A stretch of DNA of 64,000 bases, from contig NZ_JANXMI010000237.1 of the NCBI RefSeq assembly GCF_025354735.1, forward strand, positions 3,978 through 67,977, written 5' to 3'. The position numbers were made by a program, and so were the translations under genes. Position 1 is the stretch's first letter. Every line of letters starts with the position of its first letter. Source of the DNA: Rugamonas sp. (GTDB taxonomy: Bacteria; Pseudomonadota; Gammaproteobacteria; Burkholderiales; Burkholderiaceae_D). Under the pieces are notes generated by a model. It did not search any database, was not told where the DNA came from, and was given only the letters and a program-made list of their open reading frames with translations. Positions 9,134-19,471 of the stretch are shown here, in pieces.

Positions 9134-10003
9134 TCAACGGAATGCGTAATCGAGCGCCACGCCCGCGAACACGGCGGCGCCCAGCCAGTTGTTGTGGCGG
9201 AAGGCGGTGAAGCAGGGCTCGCGTTCGCGCCCGCGTATCAGTGTGTAATGATACAACGCCATCGCGCCCGCCACGGCCAGCCCGGCGTAGAACCAGGCGC
9301 CCAGGCCGAGCCGGCGGCCGCACAGCAGCAGCAGCAACAGGTGCGCCGCGTAGCAGGCCATGATGATGGCGACGTCGTAGCGGCCGAAGGTGATGGCCGA
9401 GGTGCGGATGCCGATCTTGAGGTCGTCGTCGCGGTCGACCATCGCGTATTCGGTGTCGTAGGCCAGCGTCCAGAAGATGTTCGCCGCCAGCAGCACCCAG
9501 GCCAGCGCCGGCACCCGGCCCTGCACGGCGGCGTAAGCCATGGGGATGCCGAAGCCGAAGGCGATGCCGAGGTAGGCTTGCGGGATCGCGAAGAAGCGCT
9601 TGAAGTAGGGGTAGCTGGCGGCCAGGATCACGGCGACGATGGACAATTCCTTGGTCAGCGTATTGAGCGGCAGGATCAGCGCGCCGGCCAGCACCGTGAG
9701 CACGGCGGCGATCGCCAGCGCTTCCCTGCCGCTGACGCGGCCGCTGGTGATGGGGCGCTGGGCGGTGCGCTTGACGTGCTTGTCGATATCCTGGTCGGCG
9801 TAGTCGTTGACGGCGCAGCCGGCCGAGCGCATCAGCAGCGTGCCGAGCGCGAAGATGGCCAGCAGCCTCCAGTCCGGCGCGCCGTTCGAGGCCAGCCACA
9901 GCGCGTTGAGCGTGGGCCACAGCAGCAGCACGGCGCCGATGGGCTTGTCGAGCCTCACCAGGCGGAAATACAGCGTCAGCTTGCTCGGGGAGTGGGTCGT
10001 CAT
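9134..10003 (-). CDS. ubiA: 4-hydroxybenzoate polyprenyltransferase
   Basis: 289 aa polytopic protein with [15 protein letters not shown] and [13 protein letters not shown], the UbiA prenyltransferase motifs. Confidence 0.9.
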   Translation of the reverse strand: MTTHSPSKLTLYFRLVRLDKPIGAVLLLWPTLNALWLASNGAPDWRLLAIFALGTLLMRSAGCAVNDYADQDIDKHVKRTAQRPITSGRVSGREALAIAAVLTVLAGALILPLNTLTKELSIVAVILAASYPYFKRFFAIPQAYLGIAFGFGIPMAYAAVQGRVPALAWVLLAANIFWTLAYDTEYAMVDRDDDLKIGIRTSAITFGRYDVAIIMACYAAHLLLLLLCGRRLGLGAWFYAGLAVAGAMALYHYTLIRGREREPCFTAFRHNNWLGAAVFAGVALDYAFR

Positions 10004-10087
10004 CGCGGAGGCAATCGCAGGGAAAGCGCGATTATCGCAAATCCGCGCGATCTGTGCGATGGCTGCGCGCCGGCGCGGCGGCGGCGC

Positions 10088-11026
10088 TTATTTTTCTTCG
10101 ACGCAGAGCGGCGCCACGCCGGGCAGCTTGCAGTTGGCGACGACGTCGCAGATGGCGTCGATGGCGGCCTTGCGGGTGAAGCTCTTGCGCCAGACGATGA
10201 CGACGCGGCGCGACGGCACCGGTTCCTCGAACGGGCGGAAGGCCAGCATGCCGTCCTTGGCGTCCATGTCCGGCACCGAGGCGCGCGGCAGCACGGTCAG
10301 GCCGATGCCGCTGGCGACCATGTGGCGTATGGTTTCCAGCGACGAGCCCTCGAAGGTGCGCTGCATGCCGTTGCCGGGCGAGGAAAAGCGCGCCATCTCG
10401 GGACACACTTCCAGCACCTGGTCGCGGAAGCAGTGGCCGTTGCCGAGCAAGAGCATGGTTTCCGACTTCAGGTCGGCCGAGGGGATGGCCTTGCGCTCGG
10501 TCCAGGCGTGCTGGCGCGGCATGGCGACGACGAAGGGTTCATCGTACAGCGCCTGCAAGGCCATGCCGTGCTCGGGCAGCGGCAGCGCCATGATGGCCGC
10601 GTCGAGCTCGCCCTGCCGCAGCATCTCCAGCAGGCGCACGGTGAAGTTTTCCTGCAGGATCAGCGGCATCTGCGGCACTTTGTCTATCATGCCCTTGACC
10701 AGCGGCGGCAGCAGATAGGGGCCGATGGTGTAGATCACGCCCAGGCGCAGCGGGCCGGCCAGCGGATCCTTGTTCTGTTTGGCGAGTTCCTTGATGGCGG
10801 CCGTCTGTTCCAGCACGCGCTCGGCCTGGGCCACGATCTGGGCGCCCAGCGGGGTGACGGAGATTTCGGCGCCGCCGCGCTCGAACAGCACGACGCCGAG
10901 TTCATCCTCCAGCTTCTTGATGGCGACCGACAGCGTTGGCTGGGCGACATAACAGGCTTCGGCGGCGTGGCCAAAGTGTTTTGCTCGCGCAACGGCAACG
11001 ATATATTTCAATTCTGTCAGTGTCAT
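10088..11026 (-). CDS. oxyR: LysR-family peroxide-sensing regulator OxyR
   Basis: 312 aa. N-terminal HTH MTLTELKYIVAVARAKHFGHAAEACYVAQPTLS. LLLGNGHCFRDQVLEVCPE matches the two redox-cysteine region of OxyR. Confidence 0.8.
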   Translation of the reverse strand: MTLTELKYIVAVARAKHFGHAAEACYVAQPTLSVAIKKLEDELGVVLFERGGAEISVTPLGAQIVAQAERVLEQTAAIKELAKQNKDPLAGPLRLGVIYTIGPYLLPPLVKGMIDKVPQMPLILQENFTVRLLEMLRQGELDAAIMALPLPEHGMALQALYDEPFVVAMPRQHAWTERKAIPSADLKSETMLLLGNGHCFRDQVLEVCPEMARFSSPGNGMQRTFEGSSLETIRHMVASGIGLTVLPRASVPDMDAKDGMLAFRPFEEPVPSRRVVIVWRKSFTRKAAIDAICDVVANCKLPGVAPLCVEEK

Positions 11027-11215
11027 AAATGTATTTGAACACAGCCAATGCTGAGATGCAATGCCAGAAGGGCAGCGACCGGAAAGCTATCGCCGCAAGA
11101 AAAGCCATTGTAGCGCGGGGCAGCCGATATAATTGTTCCATTGGCCGGGTCGGCTTGCAGCGTCTTGCAGGTGTTGTTATCCGGCTGCGGTTTTTTCCTC
11201 CAGCGAAAGGTGCGC

Positions 11216-12388
11216 ATGTCTTCCACGTTCGGCCCCGAAGAAGCTCAGGCTTATCTCCATAAACTGCTCAAGGTGATGCATCACACCGGCGGCTCGGATT
11301 TGTTCATTTCGGCCGATTTCCCGCCCAGTATCAAGTCGCAAGGCGCGATGAAGCCGCTCAGCCAGCAAAAGCTGTCGGGCGAGATCACGCGCGCGCTGGC
11401 CCTGTCCATCATGAACGACAAGCAGCGGCGCGAGTTCGAGGCCGAACTCGAATGCAATTTCGCCATCTCGCTGCCGGACGTGTGCCGCTTCCGCGTCAAC
11501 GTCTTCGTGCAGCAGCAGAACGTGGCCATGGTGATACGCACCATCGCCTCCGAGATTCCGAATTTCGAAAAGCTCGAACTGCCGGAGGTGCTCAAGGACG
11601 TCATCATGACCAAGCGCGGCCTGGTGCTGGTGGTGGGTGGCACCGGCTCGGGCAAGTCGACCACGCTGGCGGCCATGATCGATTACCGCAACGCCAATTC
11701 GGCCGGCCACATCATCACCGTCGAAGACCCGGTCGAGTATGTGCACAAGAACAAGGGCTGTTTGATTACCCACCGCGAAGTGGGCGTCGACACGCTGTCG
11801 TGGCACAACGCGCTCAAGAACACGCTGCGCCAGGCGCCGGACGTGATCCTGATCGGCGAAATCCGCGACACCGAAACCATGGAGCACGCCATCGCCTTCG
11901 CCGAGACCGGCCACCTGTGCCTGGGCACGCTGCACGCGAACAACTCCAACCAGACCATGGACCGCATCATCAACTTCTTCCCGGAAGAGCGGCGCAACCA
12001 GCTGCTGATGGATTTGTCGACCAATCTGCGGGCCATCGTGTCGCAGCGGCTGGTGCGGACCGAGGACGGCAAGGGCCGCAAGGCGGCGATAGAAATCCTG
12101 CTCAACACGCCGACCATCGCCGAGATGATCTTCAAGGGGAATTTCCAGGCCATCAAGGAAATCATGCACAAGTCGCGCGAACTGGGCATGTGCACCTTCG
12201 ACCAGGCGCTCTACGAGCTGTACAACAAGGGCCACATCGCCTACGAAGAAGCGATCCGCAACGCCGACTCGGCCAACGGCCTGCGTTTGCAGATCAAGCT
12301 GCGCGGCGACCGCAAGGAGCCGGGCGAGGGCGGCCGTTCGGCGGCGGACTCGCTGAGCATGCAGGTCGACGCCGAACCGGAAGAATAA
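11216..12388 (+). CDS. Third PilT/PilU-family ATPase (PilU paralog)
   Basis: Inner ATG of ORF 11141..12388. MSSTFGPEEAQAYLHKLLKVMHHTGGSDLFISADFPPSIK, GGTGSGKSTT, TGHLCLGTLHAN. Alignable along its whole length to the PilU at 4437..5588. Confidence 0.85.
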   Translation: MSSTFGPEEAQAYLHKLLKVMHHTGGSDLFISADFPPSIKSQGAMKPLSQQKLSGEITRALALSIMNDKQRREFEAELECNFAISLPDVCRFRVNVFVQQQNVAMVIRTIASEIPNFEKLELPEVLKDVIMTKRGLVLVVGGTGSGKSTTLAAMIDYRNANSAGHIITVEDPVEYVHKNKGCLITHREVGVDTLSWHNALKNTLRQAPDVILIGEIRDTETMEHAIAFAETGHLCLGTLHANNSNQTMDRIINFFPEERRNQLLMDLSTNLRAIVSQRLVRTEDGKGRKAAIEILLNTPTIAEMIFKGNFQAIKEIMHKSRELGMCTFDQALYELYNKGHIAYEEAIRNADSANGLRLQIKLRGDRKEPGEGGRSAADSLSMQVDAEPEE

Positions 12389-12404
12389 TTTTATCCAATA
12401 TCCT

Positions 12405-12887
12405 ATGCCTGAATTTGAAAACAAGATCTGCACGCGCGCGGAACTGGCCGCGCGCGTGGCCGCGCTGCCCAAGCCGGTGGTGCTGACCAACGGCGTGTTC
12501 GACATCCTGCACCGCGGCCATGTCACTTATCTGGCGCAGGCGCGCGCGCTGGGCGCCTCGCTGGTGGTGGCGGCCAACACCGACGCCTCCGTCAAGCGCC
12601 TGGGCAAGGGCGACGACCGGCCGCTGAACGCCTGCGCCGACCGCATGGCGGTGCTGGCGGCGCTCGAATCGGTCAGCCTGGTGGTCGACTTCGATGAAGA
12701 CACGGCGCTGGAAGTGGTGCGCCAGGCGCGCCCGGAAATCTACGCCAAGGGCGGCGACTATCGGATGGACGCCATCCCCGAGGGCCAGGCCGTGCTGGCC
12801 TACGGCGGCCAGGCCATCGCCATCGACTTCGAGCACGACCGCTCGACCACCAAGCTGCTCGACAAGGTGCGCGGACCGGCTGCCTGA
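12405..12887 (+). CDS. hldC: D-glycero-beta-D-manno-heptose 1-phosphate adenylyltransferase (RfaE domain II type)
   Basis: 160 aa. NGVFDILHRGHVTYL (cytidylyltransferase HxGH), and RPLN...R motifs. Confidence 0.85.
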   Translation: MPEFENKICTRAELAARVAALPKPVVLTNGVFDILHRGHVTYLAQARALGASLVVAANTDASVKRLGKGDDRPLNACADRMAVLAALESVSLVVDFDEDTALEVVRQARPEIYAKGGDYRMDAIPEGQAVLAYGGQAIAIDFEHDRSTTKLLDKVRGPAA

Positions 12888-12921
12888 AACGCCAACGGGG
12901 TCAGACCACGGTGCAGGATGG

Positions 12922-13392
12922 TCAGGCGCCGCCGGCGTAGCCGTTCTGGCGCCAGGCCTCGAACACGACCACGGCGACCGTGTTCGACAGATTCAGGCTG
13001 CGGTTGTCGGGCCGCATCGGCAGGCGGATGCGCTGCGCCGGCGGGAACGATGCGCGCAGCGCCGGGTCGAGGCCGCGCGTCTCGGCGCCGAACACGAACA
13101 CGTCGCCCGGCCGGAAGCCGGCGTCGGCGAACGGCGCCGAGCCGTGCGTGGTCAGCGCGAACATGCGGCTGTGGTCGGGCGCGACGTCGGCCAGGAACGC
13201 GTCCCAGTTTTTGTGCACCTTCATCTTCGCGTACTCGTGGTAATCGAGGCCGGCGCGCTTCATCTTGGCGTCGTCGAGCGGGAAGCCGAGCGGCTCGATC
13301 AGGTGCAGCTGGGCGCCGGTGTTGGCGCACAGGCGTATCACATTGCCGGTGTTGGGCGGGATTTCAGGTTCTACCAGTACGACGTGGAACAA
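12922..13392 (-). CDS. trmL: tRNA (cytidine/uridine-2'-O)-methyltransferase TrmL (SpoU family)
   Basis: 156 aa. MFHVVLVEPEIPPNTGNVIRLCANTG, FGAETRGL, LNLSNTVAVV. Confidence 0.85.
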   Translation of the reverse strand: MFHVVLVEPEIPPNTGNVIRLCANTGAQLHLIEPLGFPLDDAKMKRAGLDYHEYAKMKVHKNWDAFLADVAPDHSRMFALTTHGSAPFADAGFRPGDVFVFGAETRGLDPALRASFPPAQRIRLPMRPDNRSLNLSNTVAVVVFEAWRQNGYAGGA

Positions 13393-13407
13393 AGCATTCT
13401 CCTTATG

Positions 13408-14223
13408 TTAACTATGCGGCGGCGTGCGCGCGAAGACCAGGTTGGTCACGCGCGCCGCGCCGTAGCGCTTGAACGTGGCGGCCAGTTCGTTCAGGGTCTG
13501 GCCGCTGGTCATGACGTCGTCGACGATGCCGATGTGGCGCCCCTCGACCAGCGCGCCGTCGCTGACGGCAAACGCGCGGGCGATGTTCTGGCGCCGTTGG
13601 TCGGGCGTCACGCGGCTCTGGGCCGTGGTGTCGTGCACGCGCTGGGCCAGCCGTGGATGCAGCGTCACGCCCAGCGACCGCGCCAGCGGCCGGGCGATTT
13701 CCAGCGCCTGATTGTAGCCGCGCTCGGACAGGCGGCGCGGCCCCAGCGGCACGGGACACAGCAGGTCCGGCAGCACGAAGCCGGGCCGCCGCAGCAGCGC
13801 GTCGCGCAGGCAGCGCGCGAACAGCGCCGCCAGCGCGATGCGGCCGCCGAACTTCAGTTGCAGCACCAGCCGGTCCAGCGGCACCGCGTAGTCGGCGGCC
13901 ACCAGCGTGGCGTCGAACGCGGGCCGCTGCGCCAGGCAGTGGCCGCACAGCGGGCCGTGCTCCGATGCCGGCGCGCCTGCCATGCCGGCCGCGCGTGGCC
14001 CGGTCGCGGCGCCGTCCGCCACCGCCGCCGCGTCGCCCGCCGCCGGCAGGGGATTGGCGCACAGCCGGCAGCGCGCCACGTCGGCGCTGAAAAACTGGGC
14101 ATGGCAGGCCGGGCACAGCGCTTCGTCGCTGCCACCGCCACACAGCGCGCACGACGCCGGCAGCAGCGTATGGAGCAGCGCGCGCCGGCCCGCGCCCAGC
14201 AGGGCGCGCAGCGATGCCGGCAT
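13408..14223 (-). CDS. comF: ComF-family phosphoribosyltransferase-like protein
   Basis: N-terminal Cys pairs (CALCGG, CPAC, CRLC, CGHC). C-terminal PRTase motif IGIVDDVMTSGQTL. Start ambiguous (14223 or 14271). Confidence 0.75.
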   Translation of the reverse strand: MPASLRALLGAGRRALLHTLLPASCALCGGGSDEALCPACHAQFFSADVARCRLCANPLPAAGDAAAVADGAATGPRAAGMAGAPASEHGPLCGHCLAQRPAFDATLVAADYAVPLDRLVLQLKFGGRIALAALFARCLRDALLRRPGFVLPDLLCPVPLGPRRLSERGYNQALEIARPLARSLGVTLHPRLAQRVHDTTAQSRVTPDQRRQNIARAFAVSDGALVEGRHIGIVDDVMTSGQTLNELAATFKRYGAARVTNLVFARTPPHS

Positions 14224-14340
14224 CGTGGCGGACTTGCCGCCGCGCGGCGGCGGCGTCCTGGCGGTCGGCATCGCGATTTACTCCAACCATGTACACTGCC
14301 GCATTATCGCATTTTCACCCCTCACCGCTACCGAACCATC

Positions 14341-15273
14341 ATGCAAGTGCCTGCCAATCCGCCCAAACTGAGCGCGCCCATCGACCTGGAGCGCGTGCGC
14401 GCCAGCTTTTCCCGTCCCGAACGGGTGCAGCCGTCCGACTTCCTGCGCCGCGAAGTCGCTTCGCGCATGCACGACCGGCTGGAACTCATCAAGATCGCGC
14501 CGCAGCGCGTGCTCGACGCCGGCTGCGGCTCCGGTGCCGACCTGTCACTGTTGCAGAAAGATTATCCGGCCGCCCACATCCTCGGCCTCGACGCGGCCGA
14601 AGCCATGGTGCGCGCCGCGCGTGCGCCGGCGGCCAGGCTGTCCGGCCTGAATCAACTCATCAGCAAGCTGCTGCCGTCCAAGGCCGGCGTCGACCTGCTG
14701 TGCGGCGACTTCGCCGACCTGCCGCTGGGCAGCGGTACGGTGGACCTGATCTGGTCCAACCTGGCGCTGCACTGGCACCCGCAGCCGGACCGCGTGTTCG
14801 CCGAGTGGCGCCGCGTGCTGCGGGTCGACAGCCTGCTGATGTTTTCCTGCTTCGGCCCGGACACCTTCAAGGAAATCCGCGACGCCTTCGCCGACGTCGA
14901 CCTGGCGCCGCACGCGCTGCCCTTCGTCGACATGCACGATTTCGGCGACCAACTGGTGGAAGTGGGGTTTTCGACGCCGGTGCTGGACATGGAAAAAATC
15001 ACCGTCACCTACGCCACCGCCGAGGCGCTGCTGGCCGACGTGCGGGCCTGGGGCGGCAATCCTTTGATGACGCGGCGCCAGGGCCTGATGGGCCGGCGCG
15101 ACTGGGCCAGGGTCGCCGCGGCGCTGGAAAAAAACCGCCGCGCCGACGGCAAGCTGGGACTGAGCTTCGAGATCATCTACGGCCACGCCTTCCGGCCCGC
15201 GCCGCGCGTGACGTCCAAGGGCGAGGCCATCATCCGTTTCGATTTGCCGCGCAAGCCGAACAAGGGCGCTTAA
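14341..15273 (+). CDS. bioC: BioC-like class I SAM-dependent methyltransferase
   Basis: This is the C-terminal 310 aa of ORF 12694..15273, starting at ATG 14341. VLDAGCGSGADL (SAM motif I). DLIWSNLALHW resembles E. coli BioC LAWSNLAVQW. Divergent from comF. Confidence 0.6.
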   Translation: MQVPANPPKLSAPIDLERVRASFSRPERVQPSDFLRREVASRMHDRLELIKIAPQRVLDAGCGSGADLSLLQKDYPAAHILGLDAAEAMVRAARAPAARLSGLNQLISKLLPSKAGVDLLCGDFADLPLGSGTVDLIWSNLALHWHPQPDRVFAEWRRVLRVDSLLMFSCFGPDTFKEIRDAFADVDLAPHALPFVDMHDFGDQLVEVGFSTPVLDMEKITVTYATAEALLADVRAWGGNPLMTRRQGLMGRRDWARVAAALEKNRRADGKLGLSFEIIYGHAFRPAPRVTSKGEAIIRFDLPRKPNKGA

Positions 15274-15681
15274 GCGGGCTCGACCGGCTCGATGTCGGCT
15301 TGATAATATAGTCCCGCGTATCGCCCAGCATGGCGGCCTGCGGGACGCCGCCGTGTGCCCGCAGGTACACACTGCGGCGATGCCACTTTGTCGGAGTGGA
15401 TTATTTCTTGATGTATGGCGAATTTGTTATATATAATCGACCACTAATTTTGCCGCCACTATAAGTAGCAGCGCGCGAAAGACCACGCAAGCAACCGCGG
15501 TCGCCACCTGGAGCAAGTTCGGGGCGGGCGCGGCGAAGTCAAGGGTCCCGCCGGACCGCGCCGCGCACCGCGCGCGCCGCGCCGGAACGGGGCCTGTAGG
15601 TGTTTAAGGAGCGGCGGCGGTTCGGATCCTGTGACCCAGCGGCCGTTTAAAAAATATTTTTTATTGGTGGTTGGGGAAAAC

Positions 15682-16905
15682 ATGAAATATGCAAAGCGAC
15701 TTCAATCGTTGATGCTAGGGCTGTCGCTGACAGTCGCCGGTATCGCGGCGTGGGCGGCCGACGCCGCTCCCGCCGCCGCGACAGCGGCCGGCACCTATGC
15801 CGGCACCGGCGGTCCCGTGATCCGCGAATTGAATCTGCAACCACCGGCGACGCAAATTGCGTCCGAAATCTACAATCTGCACACCTGGATGATGGCGATC
15901 TGCCTCATCATCTTCGTCGCCGTCTTCGGCGTCATGTTCTATTCCATCCTCAAGCACCGCAAGTCGCTCGGCCACCAGGCGGCGACCTTCCACGAATCGA
16001 CCACGGTGGAAATCGCGTGGACGGTGGTGCCCTTCCTGATCGTCATCGGCATGGCGCTGCCGGCCACCCGCACCGTCGTCGGCATGAAGGACACGTCGAA
16101 CGCCGACATCACCATCAAGGCCACCGGCATGCAGTGGAAGTGGGGCTACGACTATCTGCAGGGCCAGGGCCAGGGCGTGTCCTTCCTGTCGAACCTGTCG
16201 ACCCCGCGGTCGCAGGTGGGCGAGCCGGGCGTCGAGCCGAGCGAAAAGCGCGGCGACAACTACCTGATGGAAGTCGACAACGAAGTGGTGGTGCCGGTCC
16301 ATAAGAAGATCCGCCTCATCACCACCGCCAACGACGTGATCCACTCGTGGTCGATCCCGGCCTTCGGCGTCAAGCAGGACGCCATCCCCGGCTTCGTGCG
16401 CGACACCTGGTTCAAGGCCGACGCCACCGGCACCTACCGCGGCTACTGCTCGGAACTGTGCGGCAAGGAGCACGCCTTCATGCCCATCGTCGTCAAGGTC
16501 GTCACCGACGCCGAATACAAGGTCTGGGTGGACGGCAAGCTCAAGGAACTGGCGGCGCTGGCCGACGATCCGAACAAGGTCTGGACCATCGACGAACTGA
16601 AAACGCGCGGCGATAAAGTTTACAACACCAACTGCGTGGCCTGCCACCAGGCGACCGGCAAGGGCATTCCCGGCTCGTTCGCGGCGCTCGACGGCTCGCC
16701 CGTCGTCAACGGACCGAAGCTGGAACAGATCCAGACTGTACTGAACGGTAAACACAGCGGCAAGTTCGCCGGCGAGATGCCGGCGTGGAAGCAGCTGTCG
16801 GATACGGATATCGCGGCCGTGATCACCTTCACCCGCAATAACTGGTCGAACAAGGCCGCCGAAAACATCGTTCAACCAGCCGAAGTTCTGGCTGCACGCA
16901 AGTAA
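15682..16905 (+). CDS. coxB: Cytochrome c oxidase subunit II with C-terminal cytochrome c domain
   Basis: Inner ATG ([10 protein letters not shown]...). CuA site [17 protein letters not shown]...[12 protein letters not shown]. Heme c site CVACHQ. Confidence 0.9.
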   Translation: MKYAKRLQSLMLGLSLTVAGIAAWAADAAPAAATAAGTYAGTGGPVIRELNLQPPATQIASEIYNLHTWMMAICLIIFVAVFGVMFYSILKHRKSLGHQAATFHESTTVEIAWTVVPFLIVIGMALPATRTVVGMKDTSNADITIKATGMQWKWGYDYLQGQGQGVSFLSNLSTPRSQVGEPGVEPSEKRGDNYLMEVDNEVVVPVHKKIRLITTANDVIHSWSIPAFGVKQDAIPGFVRDTWFKADATGTYRGYCSELCGKEHAFMPIVVKVVTDAEYKVWVDGKLKELAALADDPNKVWTIDELKTRGDKVYNTNCVACHQATGKGIPGSFAALDGSPVVNGPKLEQIQTVLNGKHSGKFAGEMPAWKQLSDTDIAAVITFTRNNWSNKAAENIVQPAEVLAARK

Positions 16906-16919
16906 TCAGGAGCTTCAAG

Positions 16920-18515
16920 ATGAGCACAACGACACTCGATCACGCCCACACCGGTCATGGCGACCACGCGCACGATCACCCGGTCGGCCTGCGGCGCTGG
17001 CTGTTCGCCACCAACCACAAGGACATCGGCACCCTGTACCTGTGGTTCGCGTTCACGATGCTGCTGTCCGGCGGCGTGCTGGCGCTGATGATACGCACTG
17101 AATTGTTCAAGCCCGGCCTGCAGTTCTTCCAGCCCGAGTTCTTCAACCAGCTCACCACCATGCACGGCATCGTGATGGTGTTCGGCGCCATCATGCCGGC
17201 CTTCGTCGGCTACGCCAACTGGATGATCCCGCTGCAGGTGGGCGCCTCCGACATGGCCTTCGCGCGCATGAACAACTTCTCGTTCTGGCTGCTGCCGCCG
17301 GCCGCGCTGCTGCTGGCGTCGTCGTTCTTCGTGCCGGGCGGCGCCACCGCCGCCGGCTGGACGCTGTACGCGCCGCTGTCGACCCAGATGGGACCGGGCA
17401 TGGACATGGCGATCTTCGCGCTGCATTTGATGGGCGCCTCGTCGATCATGGGCTCGATCAACATCATCGTCACCATCCTCAACATGCGCGCGCCCGGCAT
17501 GACGCTGATGAAAATGCCGATGTTCTGCTGGACCTGGCTCATCACCGCCTACCTGCTGATCGCCGTGATGCCGGTGCTGGCAGGCGCCATCACCATGACC
17601 CTGACCGACCGTCATTTCGGCACCTCGTTCTTCAACGCGGCCGGCGGCGGCGACCCGGTCATGTACCAGCACATCTTCTGGTTCTTCGGCCATCCCGAGG
17701 TCTACATCATGATCTTGCCGGCCTTCGGCATCGTCTCGCAGATCCTGCCGGCCTTCGCCCGCAAGCCGCTGTTCGGCTACGCCTCGATGGTGTACGCCAC
17801 CGCGTCGATCGCGATCCTGTCCTTCATCGTCTGGGCCCACCACATGTTCACCACCGGCATGCCGGTGACCTCGCAGCTGTTCTTCATGTACGCCACCATG
17901 CTGATCGCGGTGCCGACCGGCGTGAAGGTGTTCAACTGGATCGCCACCATGTGGAAGGGTTCCATGACCTTCGAGACGCCGATGCTGTTCGCGGTCGGCT
18001 TCATCTTCGTGTTCACCATGGGCGGCTTCACCGGCCTGATACTGGCCGTGACCCCGATCGACATCCAGTTGCAGGACACCTATTACGTGGTGGCCCACTT
18101 CCACTACGTGCTGGTGGCCGGCTCGCTGTTCGCGCTGTTCGCCGGCTTCTATTACTGGTCGCCGAAATGGACCGGCCATATGTACAGCGAAACGCGCGGC
18201 AAGATCCACTTCTGGAACTCGCTGGTGTGGTTCAACGTCACCTTCTTCCCGATGCACTTCCTGGGCCTGGCCGGCATGCCGCGGCGCTACGCCGACTACT
18301 CGGCGCAGTTCACCGACTTCAACATGCTGGCCACGGTGGGCGCCTTCGGCTTCGGCCTGACGCAAGTGTACTTCCTGCTGTTCGTCGTGTTCCCGACCAT
18401 CCGTGGCGGCGCCAAGGCGCCGGACAAGCCATGGGATGGCGCCGAAGGCCTGGAGTGGACCGTGCCCAGCCCGGCGCCGTTCCATACCTTCGAAACTCCG
18501 CCGACCGTGAAGTAA
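16920..18515 (+). CDS. ctaD: Cytochrome c oxidase subunit I
   Basis: 531 aa. [43 protein letters not shown]. Confidence 0.95.
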   Translation: MSTTTLDHAHTGHGDHAHDHPVGLRRWLFATNHKDIGTLYLWFAFTMLLSGGVLALMIRTELFKPGLQFFQPEFFNQLTTMHGIVMVFGAIMPAFVGYANWMIPLQVGASDMAFARMNNFSFWLLPPAALLLASSFFVPGGATAAGWTLYAPLSTQMGPGMDMAIFALHLMGASSIMGSINIIVTILNMRAPGMTLMKMPMFCWTWLITAYLLIAVMPVLAGAITMTLTDRHFGTSFFNAAGGGDPVMYQHIFWFFGHPEVYIMILPAFGIVSQILPAFARKPLFGYASMVYATASIAILSFIVWAHHMFTTGMPVTSQLFFMYATMLIAVPTGVKVFNWIATMWKGSMTFETPMLFAVGFIFVFTMGGFTGLILAVTPIDIQLQDTYYVVAHFHYVLVAGSLFALFAGFYYWSPKWTGHMYSETRGKIHFWNSLVWFNVTFFPMHFLGLAGMPRRYADYSAQFTDFNMLATVGAFGFGLTQVYFLLFVVFPTIRGGAKAPDKPWDGAEGLEWTVPSPAPFHTFETPPTVK

Positions 18516-18517
18516 TC

Positions 18518-18625
18518 ATGTCCCAGCCGAAGAAACCGAACAATCTGAAGACCGGCTTGATGCTGGGCGGCGTCGCGCTGTTTTTCTTCCTGTCCGTGTA
18601 CGTCAAGCGCATCTGGTTCAGCTGA
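18518..18625 (+). CDS. Cytochrome oxidase small assembly protein (35-aa single-TM micro-protein)
   Basis: MSQPKKPNNLKTGLMLGGVALFFFLSVYVKRIWFS. The ATG lies 3 nt after the ctaD stop and the stop lies 1 nt before the ctaG start. Position is typical of Burkholderiales cox clusters. Confidence 0.6.
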   Translation: MSQPKKPNNLKTGLMLGGVALFFFLSVYVKRIWFS

Positions 18626-18626
18626 C

Positions 18627-19205
18627 ATGGCCGATCAAAAACTGCTGGACCGATTCAACCGGCCACTGTTGCTCAAGCTGGTCGTGATCGCGGTGATGAT
18701 GTTCGGCTTCGGCTACGCGCTGGTGCCGGTCTACAAGCAGATCTGCGAAGCGCTGGGCGTGAACGTGCTGACGCAAAAAGACGGCAGCGTCGTGATGGAC
18801 AAGAACACGCAGGTCGACAAGACCCGCACCGTCACCGTGGAATTCGACGGCAACGCGCAGGGTCCGTGGCGCTTCCGTCCCGTGATCGCCAGCATGAAGG
18901 TGCATCCGGGCGAGCTGTCGACGGCGATGTTCGAAGTGGTCAACACGCAGAACCGCACCGTCGACGCGCAGGCCATACCGAGCTACGCGCCGCAAAGCGC
19001 GACGCCGTTCTTCAAGAAGGTCGAGTGCTTCTGCTTCAAGCAGCAGACCCTGAAGCCGCACGAGGCGCGCCAGATGCCGGTGGTGTTCTTCGTCGACGCC
19101 GGCCTGCCGAAGGAGGTGCAGACGATCACGCTGTCGTACTCCTTCTTCGAGGTGCCGGGGCTCGACAAGGCGGCGTCCAACGAAGGCATCAAGGCGGCGA
19201 GGTGA
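18627..19205 (+). CDS. ctaG: Cytochrome c oxidase assembly protein CtaG/Cox11
   Basis: 192 aa. N-terminal TM helix, FKKVECFCFKQQTL (Cox11 copper-binding CFCF motif). Confidence 0.9.
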   Translation: MADQKLLDRFNRPLLLKLVVIAVMMFGFGYALVPVYKQICEALGVNVLTQKDGSVVMDKNTQVDKTRTVTVEFDGNAQGPWRFRPVIASMKVHPGELSTAMFEVVNTQNRTVDAQAIPSYAPQSATPFFKKVECFCFKQQTLKPHEARQMPVVFFVDAGLPKEVQTITLSYSFFEVPGLDKAASNEGIKAAR

Positions 19206-19210
19206 GCGCG

Positions 19211-19423
19211 ATGGATGAAGATAAAAAAACGCCGCGAAAAGCGTCGTTCATGTATTCGATGAAGGCGGTGTTCTGGTCGTTCTTCGGCCTGCGCCGCAAA
19301 AGTGATTTCGACAGCGACTCGGCGCAACTGAACCCGGTCCACATCGTCATCGCCGCCGTGATCTGCGTCGCGATCTTCATCGCGCTGCTGATGACGGTGG
19401 TCAGGTTCGTGGTATCAAAATAA
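19211..19423 (+). CDS. DUF2970-like small membrane protein
   Basis: 70 aa. MDEDKKTPRKASFMYSMKAVFWSFFGLRRK ... C-terminal TM helix. Occupies the conserved slot between ctaG and coxC. Confidence 0.55.
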   Translation: MDEDKKTPRKASFMYSMKAVFWSFFGLRRKSDFDSDSAQLNPVHIVIAAVICVAIFIALLMTVVRFVVSK

Positions 19424-19471
19424 AACACTGGCGAAGCATAGTCGCTAAACTGGATACAGTTATTAAGGGAG

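Noticed and set aside
9026-11038. 670-aa plus-strand ORF spanning the ubiA and oxyR loci
   Set aside because: It is antisense to two well-supported genes (ubiA and oxyR) and has low-complexity Arg/Gly/Ala composition.
12694-14340. N-terminal 549 aa of the 859-aa ORF 12694..15273
   Set aside because: Only the part from ATG 14341 looks like a methyltransferase. The upstream part is antisense to trmL and comF and is Arg/Ala-rich read-through.
15715-18485. Long minus-strand ORFs (15715..16875 and 16872..18485) opposite coxB and ctaD
   Set aside because: They are antisense shadows. The plus strand carries unmistakable oxidase subunit motifs.
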